Positions 1-11,823 are shown, counted from the whole stretch's first letter. The stretch: 60,595 nt of DNA, filler included, from Sphacelaria rigidula (GCA_964200075.2; 7 parts of 7 records of this genome joined end to end with filler, not necessarily neighbours in it); one strand, 5' to 3'. Notes: generated by a model not told the origin, from the sequence alone. Numbers and translations: made by a program.

Positions 1-121
1 CCTGCGCGTACATACGCGGATTTTCAGCAACACTTCACTGTTTCGTTTAGACGCCAGACACGTCATTCCTGACAAGCCTATTGGTCGTTCTGGAGGCCCG
101 GTCCCAAAAGGGTTAATCCCT

Positions 122-412
122 ATCTGCGAGCGTATATAGGATTTGCACAGCCTTTGCTGTTCGAAATTGATAGTTTTTGCCCGATTCCAAGAACTTGGAA
201 TTAGGATTTATTTCGAACAGCAGACGCTGTATAAATCCCAGATTTCCATAGCACTTGTGCCTCCAAAAACAATCCAGGGGATTTAAAATTCACACAGACC
301 TTCGAGGGCCCCAACATTAACAACCCTCTAGAGGATTACGAATACCCAAGATCATTCCTCTAGGGGGGATTTCAAAACGGACGGAACCGAGGATGACGTT
401 TGGAAATTCCTC
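122..412 (+). repeat. Left arm of a long diverged inverted repeat (partner 6506-6786)
   Basis: atctgcgag...gcacttgtgcctccaaaaac...cttcgagggccccaacatt...acggacggaaccgaggatgacg is the reverse complement of cgtcatcctcggttccgtccg...aatgttggggcctcgaagg...gtttttgaaggcacaagtgc...ctcgcagat. Confidence 0.85.
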
Positions 413-435
413 GACGAAGTAGCCGAATGACCGCG

Positions 436-763
436 TGTGTGCACGTCACAAACGTAACGTTTCAAAATACGTTACACGTCACGAACTAATCATGATGTGA
501 CGTGTAACGTTTCCCGTGACGTGTAACGTATATATACGTTACAGGAAATGTTTCAGAATACGTTGATGCGACGTACAGAACAAGAACGTCACGTCACGTC
601 ACATTTGGGGTGAATTGAAAAATTGTGCGTTACGTCACGTCACATTTCCCCTCCGATACGTTACGCTACGTCACATTGTTCACGTTTCAAAAAATACACG
701 TTACGTTACGTCACACCCTTGTGACGTGCAACGTACGTGTAACGGGTAACGCAAAGAGCCCTG
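436..763. mobile_element. Dense GTAAC/GTGAC/CACGT motif array ending in AAGAGCCCTG; probable terminal fragment of a hAT-like DNA transposon
   Basis: Many acgtcac/gtaacg/gttac motifs in both orientations, ending at a CAGGGCT-type terminus on the minus strand. The superfamily assignment is inference. Confidence 0.45.
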
Positions 764-2150
764 AAACATTCCCGTCATGGCTGTAGAGCAGTTTGTTGTG
801 TCTTCTTTGGAACCAATTACAAACATAACCGCACAATACAGTCATGCACCGTGATGTTGTCTGTTTCAGTACACGCCATGCTCTCCACGTTTGGCTATCT
901 GTGCGGCTGGGTACTCATGCGGCAGCATTTCCCCCTGATGTTCACAATCTGTCGGAGCGCACGTCACGGAACAAAAGTGCGACATGCACGCACCGAGACA
1001 AAATCACTCTGACTCTGACCTCTCTTCCGATATTTTCGTCTCTGCGATTTTTTTCATCCGTCGTTTGCTATCCTCAACAACGGCGGGTCCTTCGGGGTCC
1101 TCTTGGTGGGGCCGACTCAGCAGGATGCCCAGTTCTCCCCGGTGACGTGTGGAACTCGAGCGCTGTTTTTGCGTTGTGTTTTTCAAATCCGAATGCAGAA
1201 TGTTGTGAGGTTTTTTTCACGAAAGATTTTGCGCTCAGAAAACAATGCCTGAAAATGACTGACGTTCGCCTTGTTTTGAGGGTACGCTCTGAAAGAACTT
1301 TGAAAATAAAAGAGCTCACAGCCCACTTCACATCCAGCAGTGTAGAGGTGTATGTAGCGTCTGAATGGTTAAGACGTCCCCTGCGCGTACGATTACTTCC
1401 TGAAACAATGCAGTATAAGATCATTTGTATCCATCGTTGGTGAGAAATCCATTTCATATCTGTATACAACTTTAGTGGTGAAAAACGTTACGGTTCACCA
1501 TGGACAACATCAAAGAGAGTTTCGGGGAGAATGCTTTCTTCCCATCTCAGACTCAGAGTGGAACAGAACAAAGCCGGGAACGGTGCATGTTCCATAATAT
1601 ATATATATAGAGATACATGAAGAGAGAGCGCGATTGTTCCAGCGTCAGAGTACCGTTTGCACCTCTTCACCCTGAGTATCATTGTGCCTTTTGATAGTTC
1701 ATAGTGGAACGATGAAGAACCCCCCCCACCCCCACCTCCATGGTCACGGCCAATCCAAGAGCATTACACCCTAACGATCAAAGTGGGGCATCCAACACAA
1801 TTGTCCTATTCATCAATATGCGCCGTTCACGACGTAGCAACGCTTCCCATGGCAATCAGAGGACCTCCCTAACGCCGCCATGGTATCAGCATTCGCTTGG
1901 TTGTGTTGCGTGGGATACAAATGTTCGGTGCGTACACAACGTTGGCTTGCGTTCGGTCCCCCACTCTTGCCAGCCTCAGCTGGAAGAAGACGGTGGGAAC
2001 GATTCGTAGTCTGCAGTACATAAGCAGTACTATTCCTGGCTGCATTGTCATTCCGTTAGATATCATGGCGTCTTGCACCACCGTTGGGGATTGCATGTTG
2101 GAAATTCATTGCAAATGCGACTTTGTTGTTGGAAACTGCTGTCACTGCTA

Positions 2151-4167
2151 TGGGCGCGGCTGACCCCCCAAAATGGGCAAAAAAAGTGTCACCGACCAAA
2201 AGCACCAACAGACACCAACAGACCGACTTTTGGGGCTTATCCAGTCTCGTGGAGTAAAATGCGCCTTACGTCATCGTCAGAGAACGACATGGATCCAAAA
2301 TTCATATCGAAAAAAAGTGGACTGTCGTCTAACACCACAACCCTACCGTTATTTCCATATATTACATGCCACTGCGTCACCTTTCGTCCACGCTTGCGAT
2401 ACCCTGGCATGCAAGGAGGCTGACTGGGTTAAGCCAACCCAACGCACACCAAGAACATTCGTGCAAGGGCGGTACATACATTCCCTGAAAGAAGTGAGGC
2501 CTTGGTAGACCCCAAATCGGCTTCTGTGGCACAGATTTCAACGAAAACGCGTTGTGCGCAGCCGAGGAGTACACGGGACCGTCAGCCCTACAAAAATTCC
2601 GATTCTTGTTGTACGCACTAAAATCAAGTAACATCAACCATGAACATATGTAGCCCAACGCGGGTAAGTGAAACCAGGAAGCTGAACCATTTTTGGGCGG
2701 ATCAAAGTTGTCAACATGATGTGCTCAACATGCGACAAAGCCATGTGTACTGATGAACTTCAGCGAGGTCGGCCCTATCTTAGACGAGTGGAGTGCAAAT
2801 TGTCACCGGGTGTGTAATGTGGGCTGGGCGGGTGTTGGTCCACCACTTCGTCATGGTTTAAGGAGCTTGATTTATCGGTTGCCATGATTCTACAACTTTG
2901 GTCGAACGAATGACTCGCGTTTCAAAGTGTATTTGTTGTTCCGTGGGTATCGCTGTTCATTTGATGAATATGATATTAATTAGCTCTCTGATCGCGACGG
3001 TTTGATCACAGGCTGAGTCGGCATCATTTTCCACTTGAAAAAAGTATGCATGGTCCAGATGGACCACCCTCGCGATCTAGGGGCTCATCGGACTCTAAAT
3101 ATGTTGTTTTGCAAAAGGGAATGAAAACAAACGGTAGCCCGTCACCCACCATTTCCGATACAACAGAGGCGTGCCTGACAATGGGTGGGTCCACTGAAAG
3201 ACATGATTGGGGCTTCGGTGCCATGTGGCTTCAGCGAAAGTGGGCCAATGACTTTGTGTCGTCTTGGCGCAGTATACGTTCCCATTCGGGAGCATGAGTC
3301 GGTCAATCTTGATCTTGGGGTGAAAACCGAAATCCGCATCTTTCATGGGGGCTGTGCTCCTAGCATTTTACTAGCGTCCCTGAACGCGTGCTTGTCTAAG
3401 TCGGCGCCTGGCGCGCCGATTCGAGGTCTGGCAACGCACCCTTCGCCTACGAAACACGTTGCACCCGCCTTGCCCGACGGTTGTCGGTATGCCTTCGCTA
3501 GGGCCAGTGTTATAATTTGTTCTCTCCGGTGCTGCGAGGTCGCGAAGATAATTCTTTCTTCTGGGGGCTCGGTCAAACGTTCAAATTCGGCAACATCCCA
3601 CATATCCGATGTATCAACCATCTGCACTATCGCGAGTGTCATCTATTCCGAGGCCGTTACACAGGGGTGATGTTTTCGCGTTTTGTCGAGACCGGCGAGG
3701 GTTGGGGGTGCGCGTTTGCAATCACAGCCCGATCTGTTCCAGAGAATACTCATCACCACGGCCATTGATTGGAATGCGACTTTTTACATTATCTGCGCCA
3801 AGACGACAGCTACCATTGTACAGGTTGAATGCTTTTAGTTCATCAGGATGCGAGTTTTATAACGAATTAAGTGAAAACATTATTGTTTTTTTGCGATTTT
3901 CTCGATCACCGTAACATCTTAGGTAAAACCAACCCGTAAAATTGCAGCAAGGACAAATACACGCCGGTGAGTAGCCGAGCCACGCCGTGGTTCATCCTCC
4001 GGAACAAGAAAACTTCAAAAGCGTGCAATGGAAACCCTAGTCAAATCACAAGTACTTCGAGGGATTTTGCGGCGTGCATAGTCAGAGGATGAACGTCATC
4101 TCCGGTCTGTTCGTGCTTTTGGTCGGTGCCACCTTTTGGGCTCATTTTGGGGGGTCAGGCGCGCCCA
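2151..4167. mobile_element. ~2-kb TIR DNA element (Harbinger-like GGGCG ends) carrying a PrimPol-like pseudogene
   Basis: ~63-bp TIRs: tgggcgcggctgaccccccaaaatgggcaaaaaaagtgtcaccgaccaaaagcaccaacagac (2151-2213) versus the reverse complement of 4105-4167. TA flanks both ends (cta| and |taa). Confidence 0.85.
2236..3346 (-). pseudogene. Degenerate PrimPol-type archaeo-eukaryotic primase-polymerase (AEP domain)
   Basis: Minus strand across frameshifts gives HVFQW...RKWWVTGYRLF (~3205-3125), E..PSGPCILF.(Q)VE (~3072-3030, motif I region), LHSTR..SLKFISTHGFV (~2800-2735, motif II SxH) and LLDFSAYNKNRNF (2631-2593, motif III). Order matches PrimPol HVFALE..RIYLVTTYAEF / YEVIPENAVCKLYFDLE / DSSTDEKFSRH / FVDLGVYTRNRNF. 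Confidence 0.7.
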
Positions 4168-4627
4168 TAAAACTGTACTACTGTAGTAGTACACCTGACT
4201 GTACGGTATCGTTGTAGGTCACCGTACCGAAATGTTCTGTTATAGGGTTCTCACTGAACTCTCTCTATAACACCGTCTGTACACTGCACAGCACTCCAGC
4301 ACTTCAGTGCCCTGCAGTGCGCCGCCGTGCATTGAAGTGCTGCAAGTGCAGTGAAGCGTAGTGTACGGTACGTACGGTGCCGCAGGGTACGGTTCAACAC
4401 AGACTTGCTACTGTTGTTGTAGAGTCAGTGTTGTACTGACCTATGCATTTCCGAACTGAGCGCTGGTCGATCACACATTTGGCGGCACAACCTGCGGCCA
4501 GTCACTGGGACCAAAAATATTTACGTCAAGCGACGTCACATCAGCTTCCGCTATTAATCTTTGAGTGTCCACTTTGAAGTTTTCAAGCTTCCATTCTGAA
4601 CTCTGACTGCATGACGAGATGTTAGAT

Positions 4628-4691
4628 GGATGCGTGGTCAATGGTCAAACGACTAAGGCAAGCAACAAATGAATACGCCCCCCCCCCCCCC
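4628..4691 (+). mobile_element. LINE 3'-terminal fragment (…GCVVNGQTTKASNK*) followed by poly(C)
   Basis: ggatgcgtggtcaatggtcaaacgactaaggcaagcaacaaatga-atacg-C-run. The same sequence occurs at 34454-34522(-), 34685-34768, 45298-45379(-) and 53610-53787. Confidence 0.75.
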
Positions 4692-6139
4692 AGAACTCTC
4701 AAATAAGTAGAAGGTAAAACAGAGTGTACGAACGGGTTTACCCATAGGGGTAGATGAATGGACGGATCAAACTGTTGGTGTCAGGATAGTGAAGAGCTTG
4801 ACTGGAAGAGTCCAAAGTTCGACGATGTACAACTCATGGTACGAAAAGGGTTTATTGAGATAGCCGCCCCCAGTCACCGTCTTTTTTTATCCACCCAATC
4901 AAGGCCATCAGTCTCCTGCTGGTTTCAGCCTGAATAAGGGATCACACGTTTTGTTGTGTTTTTTCTGTGTGCGGCCGGGTGTCAAGTGTAAATCTTTTTA
5001 TTTTTCTTTATTGCACAAAGCAAGTGTTTCATCAACATTGTGCAGCCTCTGCGAGCTCTTCCATCAGAGCTGGGTTCACGAGATGAATCGATTGTTCCTG
5101 TCAGGTTGACAATCGAACTCTGTGTCTTGTACATGAGCCACATCAATATTTTAAATATCCGTACGAGTAAGGGAAAACAAAAGAAACGATGAGTCATCAA
5201 TGGTCGAAAAATTGTCGTCGAGCAGTCAGGACACTTTTCGGGGGACAACGAACACTCCTCTCATTCGCACCACGCCTGAATGCATACACAGTACAAGGTA
5301 GCTTAAGGGCCCAAGAGTAGGGAATGTACCGTCACATATAGTCATTCTTACGCCTAGATCATATACAGGAGACAATTTTCCTCGAACATAATCTGACCTC
5401 TATTCACCCCGGTGAGCATTGCTGTATTGCGCAGCATCAAATTCGACATGGGATTGTAAACTGTGGCTCACATGACATGACCGAAATTTCAGTCCCTTGT
5501 AGCGCCTACGAGTGCAGCGTGCGTACGACCGTGCCTCCCGAACCCAGAACCTCTGCAGACGGTGTGCCGATTATCTCGGTACAAGTTTCCTTTTTCCAGA
5601 GAGAGTCGAAGTGGGATGGTGAAAGTTCATTGGCTACCGCAGCAGCGGCCACTCAGCTGGCCATGATGCGGAAGTTAGTTCACCAGCGCGTGCACAGATG
5701 CATTCACCTCCAGCGCAAGACGTCTGGGCTGCGGGGAAGCCGTTTTGAGTGGGTATCGACGGCATTTCTCGTAACCGCTGATCGCTGCGCTCTAATGTGT
5801 GCCACACACGCAGCCATTTGGCAACCCTCAGAATTCTCTCCACATGAAAATCTATCGCTTCAGAGAGGAAAAAGCCTCCGGAGGCGTTCAACCCCTGTGC
5901 AGCATTCCCCCTCCACAGGAATCAAACGTCGCTTGAGGACTAGCCCGCACAAAGTCACTGTAAAAGGGGGGAGTTGGAGCCCCCCTACAAGCTTATGTAC
6001 ACTTCGGAGGATCCAACAGAATATGAAATCCCTCTGGAGGTCACTATTTCTCTGGAGGTGTTTAATCCCTGTTGAGGGATGAAATCGACCCCTTGAACTG
6101 GACTGGGATATAAAATACAAGTGAGTTTGGGATAAAAAA

Positions 6140-6460
6140 GAATAGCGGGCAACGTGCAGTGCAGACAGCCCAGGGCTAGTTGTCCTCCCTGATTATAATG
6201 CGACCCGATAAGGACTCCAGCAACGTGCAGCTTTGAACTGCCTGCACTGTACATGAGTGTGGACGCCACTCGATTGCCCACCGTGTACCACGCAGTTCCG
6301 TCGTTAATCTTCACCATCAAAAACGATGCGCAACATTTCGCCAACAAAAAATGAACAAAGCATATCTGACTACTGCAGGGCATCTATTCCTGGGCTCATC
6401 TCGTGCTCTATGCTGCAGGGTTGTGATGGTAGCTGAAAATGAGTTGGATGGAGTTCGCAT
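6140..6460 (+). repeat. Dispersed copy of the foldback-arm repeat family (see 56096-57334)
   Basis: gggcaacgtgcagtgcagacagc...tgcccaccgtgtaccacgcagttccgtcg...gtgatggtagctga matches ~56850-57150. Confidence 0.75.
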
Positions 6461-6505
6461 CGTCTTGTGAACAGGTGCACACGCGACCATTCGGCTATCT
6501 TATGG

Positions 6506-6786
6506 AAGATTTTCCAGACGTCATCCTCGGTTCCGTCCGTTTAGAAATTCCCGCTAGAGGACCTTTGGGTACTCGATATCCTCTAGAGGATATTCAATGT
6601 TGGGGCCTCGAAGGGCTGTGTCAGTATTGAAATCCCGTGGGTTGTTTTTGAAGGCACAAGTGCCGTGGAAATCTGTCATTTGTACAGCCTCTACTGTTTG
6701 AAATGAATCCTAATTCCAAATTTGGAATCGAAAAAAGTTATTTCAAACAGCAGAGGCTGTACAAATCCAATACATACTCGCAGATG
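6506..6786 (-). repeat. Right arm of the long inverted repeat (partner 122-412)
   Basis: Colinear reverse-complement match to 122-412 with scattered mismatches and indels. Confidence 0.85.
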
Positions 6787-7479
6787 GAAGATGGGATTTA
6801 TACAGCAGAAGCTATTCGGAACGAATTCCAATTTTGCCCGCCAATACCTGATGTCGGGCAAAACAAAATCATTTTGTGAGCAGCTTCTGCCGTTCACTTT
6901 CCACATACTGCACCGTATCAGCGGATGATATTCGAGAGGCAGCAGAAGTTGTGTAAAATTCATCCTCTTGCCCCTTAATTCATATATGAATTGGGCCAGG
7001 GGATAAAATACTTCAACAGCCTCGGCTAGTTACAAATCTCATACACTGGGTGCAAGTGCATATCCACACGGCTGTGCCATATAGCTCGAGCTGGTGGTAA
7101 TGGTGTAAAACCTGCATGAACCTCACATTTCTATACATGCAGGTTTTGAATCGTCATAGTCCCGAGTCTACCATATCAATACCAATGTGGAGCATTTTTT
7201 CGATTGAACACGTGAACAATTATGATCGCGGTTTATTCTGCACGTTGATGACGATATGACCATCACAACAAGAAGCACGGTTTGGTGCTGTACTGAACTG
7301 TACAATACCGTGCAGGACAGTACCATATCGTGCTTATATACGTGCGGTGCAACATACTGTAGAGTGAGCGCGGCATATGCGCCACGTATGGCTCAACAAA
7401 GTGGATGCCTGCAAGTTTGGGTGCATGGGGGTGTTATATACCATCAGCTACATTAGACATCACGACGCCCGTTCTTGCA

Positions 7480-7930
7480 GCATGCGCACAAGTGCAGTCA
7501 GTAGGACGTGAAGGAGAAGCGGGCAAAGTACAGTACAGACAGCGCAGGACGATATATTTAAATGTTTTCTGCTCACAGTGCAACGTGAAAAGGAATTGAA
7601 CAGTGTGCGCAGCTTGGTTTGCCTGCACTGTTGTCCATGAGTGTGTATGCAATAGACCGCCGGCTATTGCCCGCACCCTACCATGCGCAGTTCCGTCGCC
7701 ACGATTCCTACCATGACGGAAAATGCTCAAGTTTTCAGCAACAAGATATATACCATACCCAACTACAGCAGTGTGTTTCTATACCCCTGTACCCAAGTCG
7801 TGCTCTTTGCTGCAGGGTTGTAGTGGTTGCTGCGGGAATACGCGTTATAGGGTTTGCATGGTTTCATTTGTCAACGGCGGGTGATACATATATCTGGCGT
7901 GATGGTCTCTACTACAAGATTATTGCTGGG
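7480..7930 (+). repeat. Second dispersed copy of the foldback-arm repeat family
   Basis: cagtaggacgtgaaggagaagcgggcaa...gtccatgagtgtgta...gcagttccgtcg...catacccaactac...atctggcgt matches ~56830-57200. Confidence 0.75.
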
Positions 7931-8571
7931 ATCCCAAAGGTGCCCTGAAAGTAGTTGGGCTGATTCTCATGTATCAAAAATGAAACTTGTTGAAAAGTGC
8001 GTTGTTGGCCCTTCTCCGTCGTTTTCCCCCCGAAAAAGAGGGCTAGGCGGATGTTGACACTTTGAAATTACTTGCTCTACTCGCCGAGGCCGTTCCATGG
8101 TACATGAACTTCGGCTGTTGTGTCTGAGGGTTCCAGCAGAGAAGCAAAGGGGCGAAGAGCGATTTTTATTGTAGAATCCTGTACGCATCATGTATGACCN
8201 NNNNNNNNNGTATGACCAGCCCGGCAGATACATGATGTTCCAAGTGACTGCCTGAACATACTGCAAATAATACGTAAACCATGCGATTTGCGCCAACATG
8301 CATCCTCGACCAGATGTTATTTTTGGCAGCAATCAATGTCATGACATTTGCTACGGTGGCGATCCGTCACGTGCTGCTCTGTTCTGTGGGCATGTGCACA
8401 AACGACAACCTCACGTGTCATGAGCGAATACCCTTCCATCCCTTGACTTGTATGGGACGAGTTCACAGATCAAATACGGTTGTCTTGTTGCAGACGGTTT
8501 CAAGACAGAGCCCAAGGCTTATAGAGCGATTTTCATTTTCGATGACGCGCGGGTGTTGTATGACCAGGTCG

Positions 8572-8671
8572 NNNNNNNNNNNNNNNNNNNNNNNNNNNNN
8601 NNNNNNNNNNNNNNNTTAATTAATTAANNNNNNNNNNNNNNNNNNNNNNNNNNNNNNNNNNNNNNNNNNNN
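8572..8671. other. Artificial contig linker (N44-TTAATTAATTAA-N44). Identical linkers at 17243-17342, 25914-26013, 34585-34684, 43256-43355 and 51926-52025
   Basis: Identical 100-bp spacer with stops in all six frames. The flanked segments are all 8570-8571 bp, i.e. length-sorted unrelated contigs. Confidence 0.97.
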
Positions 8672-9100
8672 ATTTTGCCTCCTAAAACCATGCACTTTGT
8701 GGGGGGGGGCTATCGTAGAAAGTGTCATCGAACTGTGGTGTTCGAAAACGCTCGTGCGTCACTCTGTGCATGGTCTTGGTTCATGAGACGCTGTCCGACT
8801 GGTGCTGAGGGTTCTCGTATCTCTCCTACCAAACAACCATAGCAATGTGTCGCAGGTATTCATAGGATTTTGTTTTGTTTTAAACGTTTACACCAGCAAA
8901 GACCCGCATTTAAACGCAACGGTTAGTCTCCACGGAGGAGTTGGCGTGTGCGCCTCGTGGCTTCACAGCAAACCAACTCCATGGTCGCCTTGCACCTCCT
9001 GGTACTCCTTTTTATCGCCCTCATATTTTTGCTTCGTCGGCGGCTTTCTGTTGATTATTGTCTGCCCCGCTCTCGCTGCTTGATATCGTTCGCTTTCCAG

Positions 9101-9199
9101 ACGGGCTACCTCAATCGCCGCACGTACGTCGAGTACGTGAAGATGGCAGCGGGAGCATTACAGATCCTGTTTATCCTCGTTGCGATGGCCCTGGGGCAG
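9101..9199 (+). CDS. ABCC/MRP-type ABC transporter, internal exon (start of TMD2)
   Basis: cag|TGYLNRRTYVEYVKMAAGALQILFILVAMALGQ|gt, phase 0-0. Confidence 0.85.
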
Positions 9200-9617
9200 G
9201 TGACATGCAGCTTGTCGGCCTCTGAGCTGGTAGCATTTCGCGGGGCTCGCGAGCTCCGACCGTTCGCGAGAAAGAACTCGGGCAAGCTGCAGTGCAAAAT
9301 ACGATTGAACAGGTTTCACGCTATTACAGCACGAAAGAGAATGTGGCTTCGAATGCTGACATCGTTGTGTGGTGGAATCTTGGCAGCCCCAAGAGGTCAA
9401 CGTCGTTGCGCGTTCCATGTCTGCGACAGGCTACGATGCGATGAGAGTGAATGGCTCGGTGCTCGCCACAACATGCTTGCGACTGGAGCTCAAGAGATAT
9501 CTTGGCTACACCAAAGGCGCGTGCTGTAAAAGCGGGCAAGGTCATCGTGGTTGGATATCCTGCTTTGCTAACTAAGAACTGCACCATGCGTGTTTTCGTC
9601 CGTTTTCTGCACCGCAG

Positions 9618-9779
9618 ACTATGGTAATCGCAGTTACTGTTTGGATTGCTCGGTGGTCCGAGCAGGGCGAACAGGAGCAAGAACGCGAGATCTACATCGT
9701 CACACTAACCATCCTTGCGTTAGGCGCCGTTGTCGTGTCAGTTGTCCGCTCCGTCTTCGCCTTCTTCGCCATGGTCAGG
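9618..9779 (+). CDS. ABCC/MRP transporter exon
   Basis: cag|TMVIAVTVWIARWSEQGEQEQEREIYIVTLTILALGAVVVSVVRSVFAFFAMVR|gt. Confidence 0.88.
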
Positions 9780-10200
9780 GTACGTAGTGGCGTTTAAGTT
9801 CGTTCCTTGTTTTCAGTGCGAACGGTTACCATGACGGCACGTACATCCAGGATTCGTGAAGGTTTCCTCCAATGCCTGGATAGTAATGCCAGGAGCGGAT
9901 CGGGTTGTGCACGTAGAACCCTCCCCATTTAGGACTAGATTCGTGCTTGATTTCATTATATCTAAGTGGCTCGAGTCGTTTGGGAACACTTGCCGTACAC
10001 ACTTCTGTATTGGACCGAAGATAAGGGTTTTCACCCCTCACATTTAGTCTGTGTGTCTACTTGGGTTGTCCATTACATAGTGCCGAGTGCCATGATCGTC
10101 AGGAAAACATGGTAAGATCAGCAACGCCGACCACAGCGCCTTGAGAGTACATTGTCCCGCGTCTCTATCCCCCCCCGTACCTTGATCTGTCACCATTCAG

Positions 10201-10424
10201 GCGTCACATAGGATACACGACCGGATGCTTGCGCGTGTAGTCCGTGCCCCTGTCCTATTCTTCGACTCGAACCCGGTGGGCCGCATTCTCAACCGCTTCA
10301 CCAAGGACACGCACTTCATGGACGACATGCTTCCCATGACCCTGTTCGACTTCATCATGCCCTTCTTCATGGTGCTCGGCAGTGTCGTGACCGTGCTCGT
10401 TGCCAACCCGTGGGTGACTCTTAG
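10201..10424 (+). CDS. ABCC/MRP transporter exon
   Basis: ASHRIHDRMLARVVRAPVLFFDSNPVGRILNRFTKD..., the hallmark ABCC TMD2 motif; AG/GT boundaries. Confidence 0.95.
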
Positions 10425-10999
10425 GTACGCACTACACAGGGCATTGTGAACAAGCGAAACGAGAGATGCGGTACTAGGTTCCCTACTGCTCCTTTTCCAT
10501 TTGAGAATGCTCTACGCTACAAATTGAAAACCGCTAGGAATTGCTAGTTTACTTACCTGATCGTGTAGGTTTTCTTCGGGCATTCCTCCAGGTTTGATTG
10601 GTTAGTTATCGAGCATTTACTGATTCACCCCCGAATCTAGCCAAGGCAGAAACAAATGGACGCACCCACGGCAAATGACGAAAACAATCGCTGAAGGGGA
10701 CTATAAAATCCGAGTAAAATGAAAAATACACGAGAAAACAAGTAGAGCAAATCGGAGAGCCGGAAAGAAAAAAGAGAGAAGAGCAAAGAAGGTGGGTTTA
10801 ACTGCGAAACGGTAACGGTGGGGGCGATGGGCATGTCCCAGCCTAGTATTGCCACAGAGCAGTCTGTTGCTACCACGTTTCTGATGAATCGTTATTCCGT
10901 ACTATTTTCGCTGCATCTCACATGCTACCCCCGTATACGCTTGTTTTCCGTGACCTTTTGTACTGGCCATTTGTGCGACACCCCTGTGTTCCTGCGCAG

Positions 11000-11069
11000 C
11001 CTGATCCCGGCCGCTTTGTACTTCATCTACCTCCTCCGGTTTTACACCAAGAGCAGCCGGGAAATCAAG
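11000..11069 (+). CDS. ABCC/MRP transporter exon
   Basis: (S)LIPAALYFIYLLRFYTKSSREIK|gt; phase compatible with the previous exon. Confidence 0.9.
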
Positions 11070-11243
11070 GTATAATCAAGGTATAAGGTATGGCTATTCT
11101 CTTCGCACGTCGTAGTCGGGGAAATTCTTACCCAAAGTATCCTGCCCATGCTCATGCACCTTGAGGTTTTCGTTTACCGGTGTACATACATGACTATTTG
11201 CTGCCTGTTCTCCGGTCCTTTGGATGTACTCTCGGCCAAACAG

Positions 11244-11334
11244 CGCCTGGAGGCAGTGGCGAGAAGTCCAGTGTACTCGCAACTGTCAGAGACGCTGGAC
11301 GGCCTGGTCATCATTCGTGCCTTTGGGGTCCAAA
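11244..11334 (+). CDS. ABCC/MRP transporter exon
   Basis: RLEAVARSPVYSQLSETLDGLVIIRAFGVQ, the conserved ABCC RLE..RSP....SE.L.GL..IRAF motif. Confidence 0.93.
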
Positions 11335-11652
11335 GTGAGTGCCACATACTTGAACAAGCGGCGTGCACGTTGATGGGGGGGAGGAGGGAGAATTCCAGGG
11401 TATTTCCAGGGTATAGCCGGGGGCCACCGCAGTGGCAGAAGATACTCCTTGCGAGCCACAGAAATGCTCCGTGAGCAGGTTCCGTCGCGATTCAAATATT
11501 CGAGCAAGCATTTCCTCTTCCCTCTAAAGGGCTCGGGAGTGTACTATCGCAAAACCAAGAGTTCGCCACTTACTTCCCCCCGCCTCCTCACCATCCTTCC
11601 CCGCGCCCCACATGCCCCGGATCGATCTCTATCGCCGGGTGTCATTGTTCAG

Positions 11653-11823
11653 AGGAGTTCCTGGCGACATTCTTCCGGAAGGTAGACAACAACACTCGAG
11701 CGTACTTCGCGTACGTTTCAACGTCGAGGTGGTTCGGTTTCCGATTGGAGGCAGCGGTCCTGATCGTGCTCACGACCTGCTGCTTCGTGTCCGTGGCCGT
11801 GAACGAGTATAGCCAAGCCGCTG
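11653..11823 (+). CDS. ABCC/MRP transporter exon (last visible; NBD2 not in this contig)
   Basis: (K)EFLATFFRKVDNNTRAYFAYVSTSRWFGFRLEAAVLIVLTTCCFVSVAVNEYSQAA|gtaag. Confidence 0.9.

Noticed and set aside
844-1443. 199-aa ORF
   Set aside because: No recognisable motif or coding-like composition.
1488-2150. Possible continuation of PrimPol (UL52-type zinc finger) beyond the left TIR
   Set aside because: No convincing C-H-C-C pattern could be assembled in any frame.
8616-8627. TTAATTAATTAA repeated at an exact ~8.67-kb period
   Set aside because: Artificial six-frame-stop linker between contigs, not a biological repeat.
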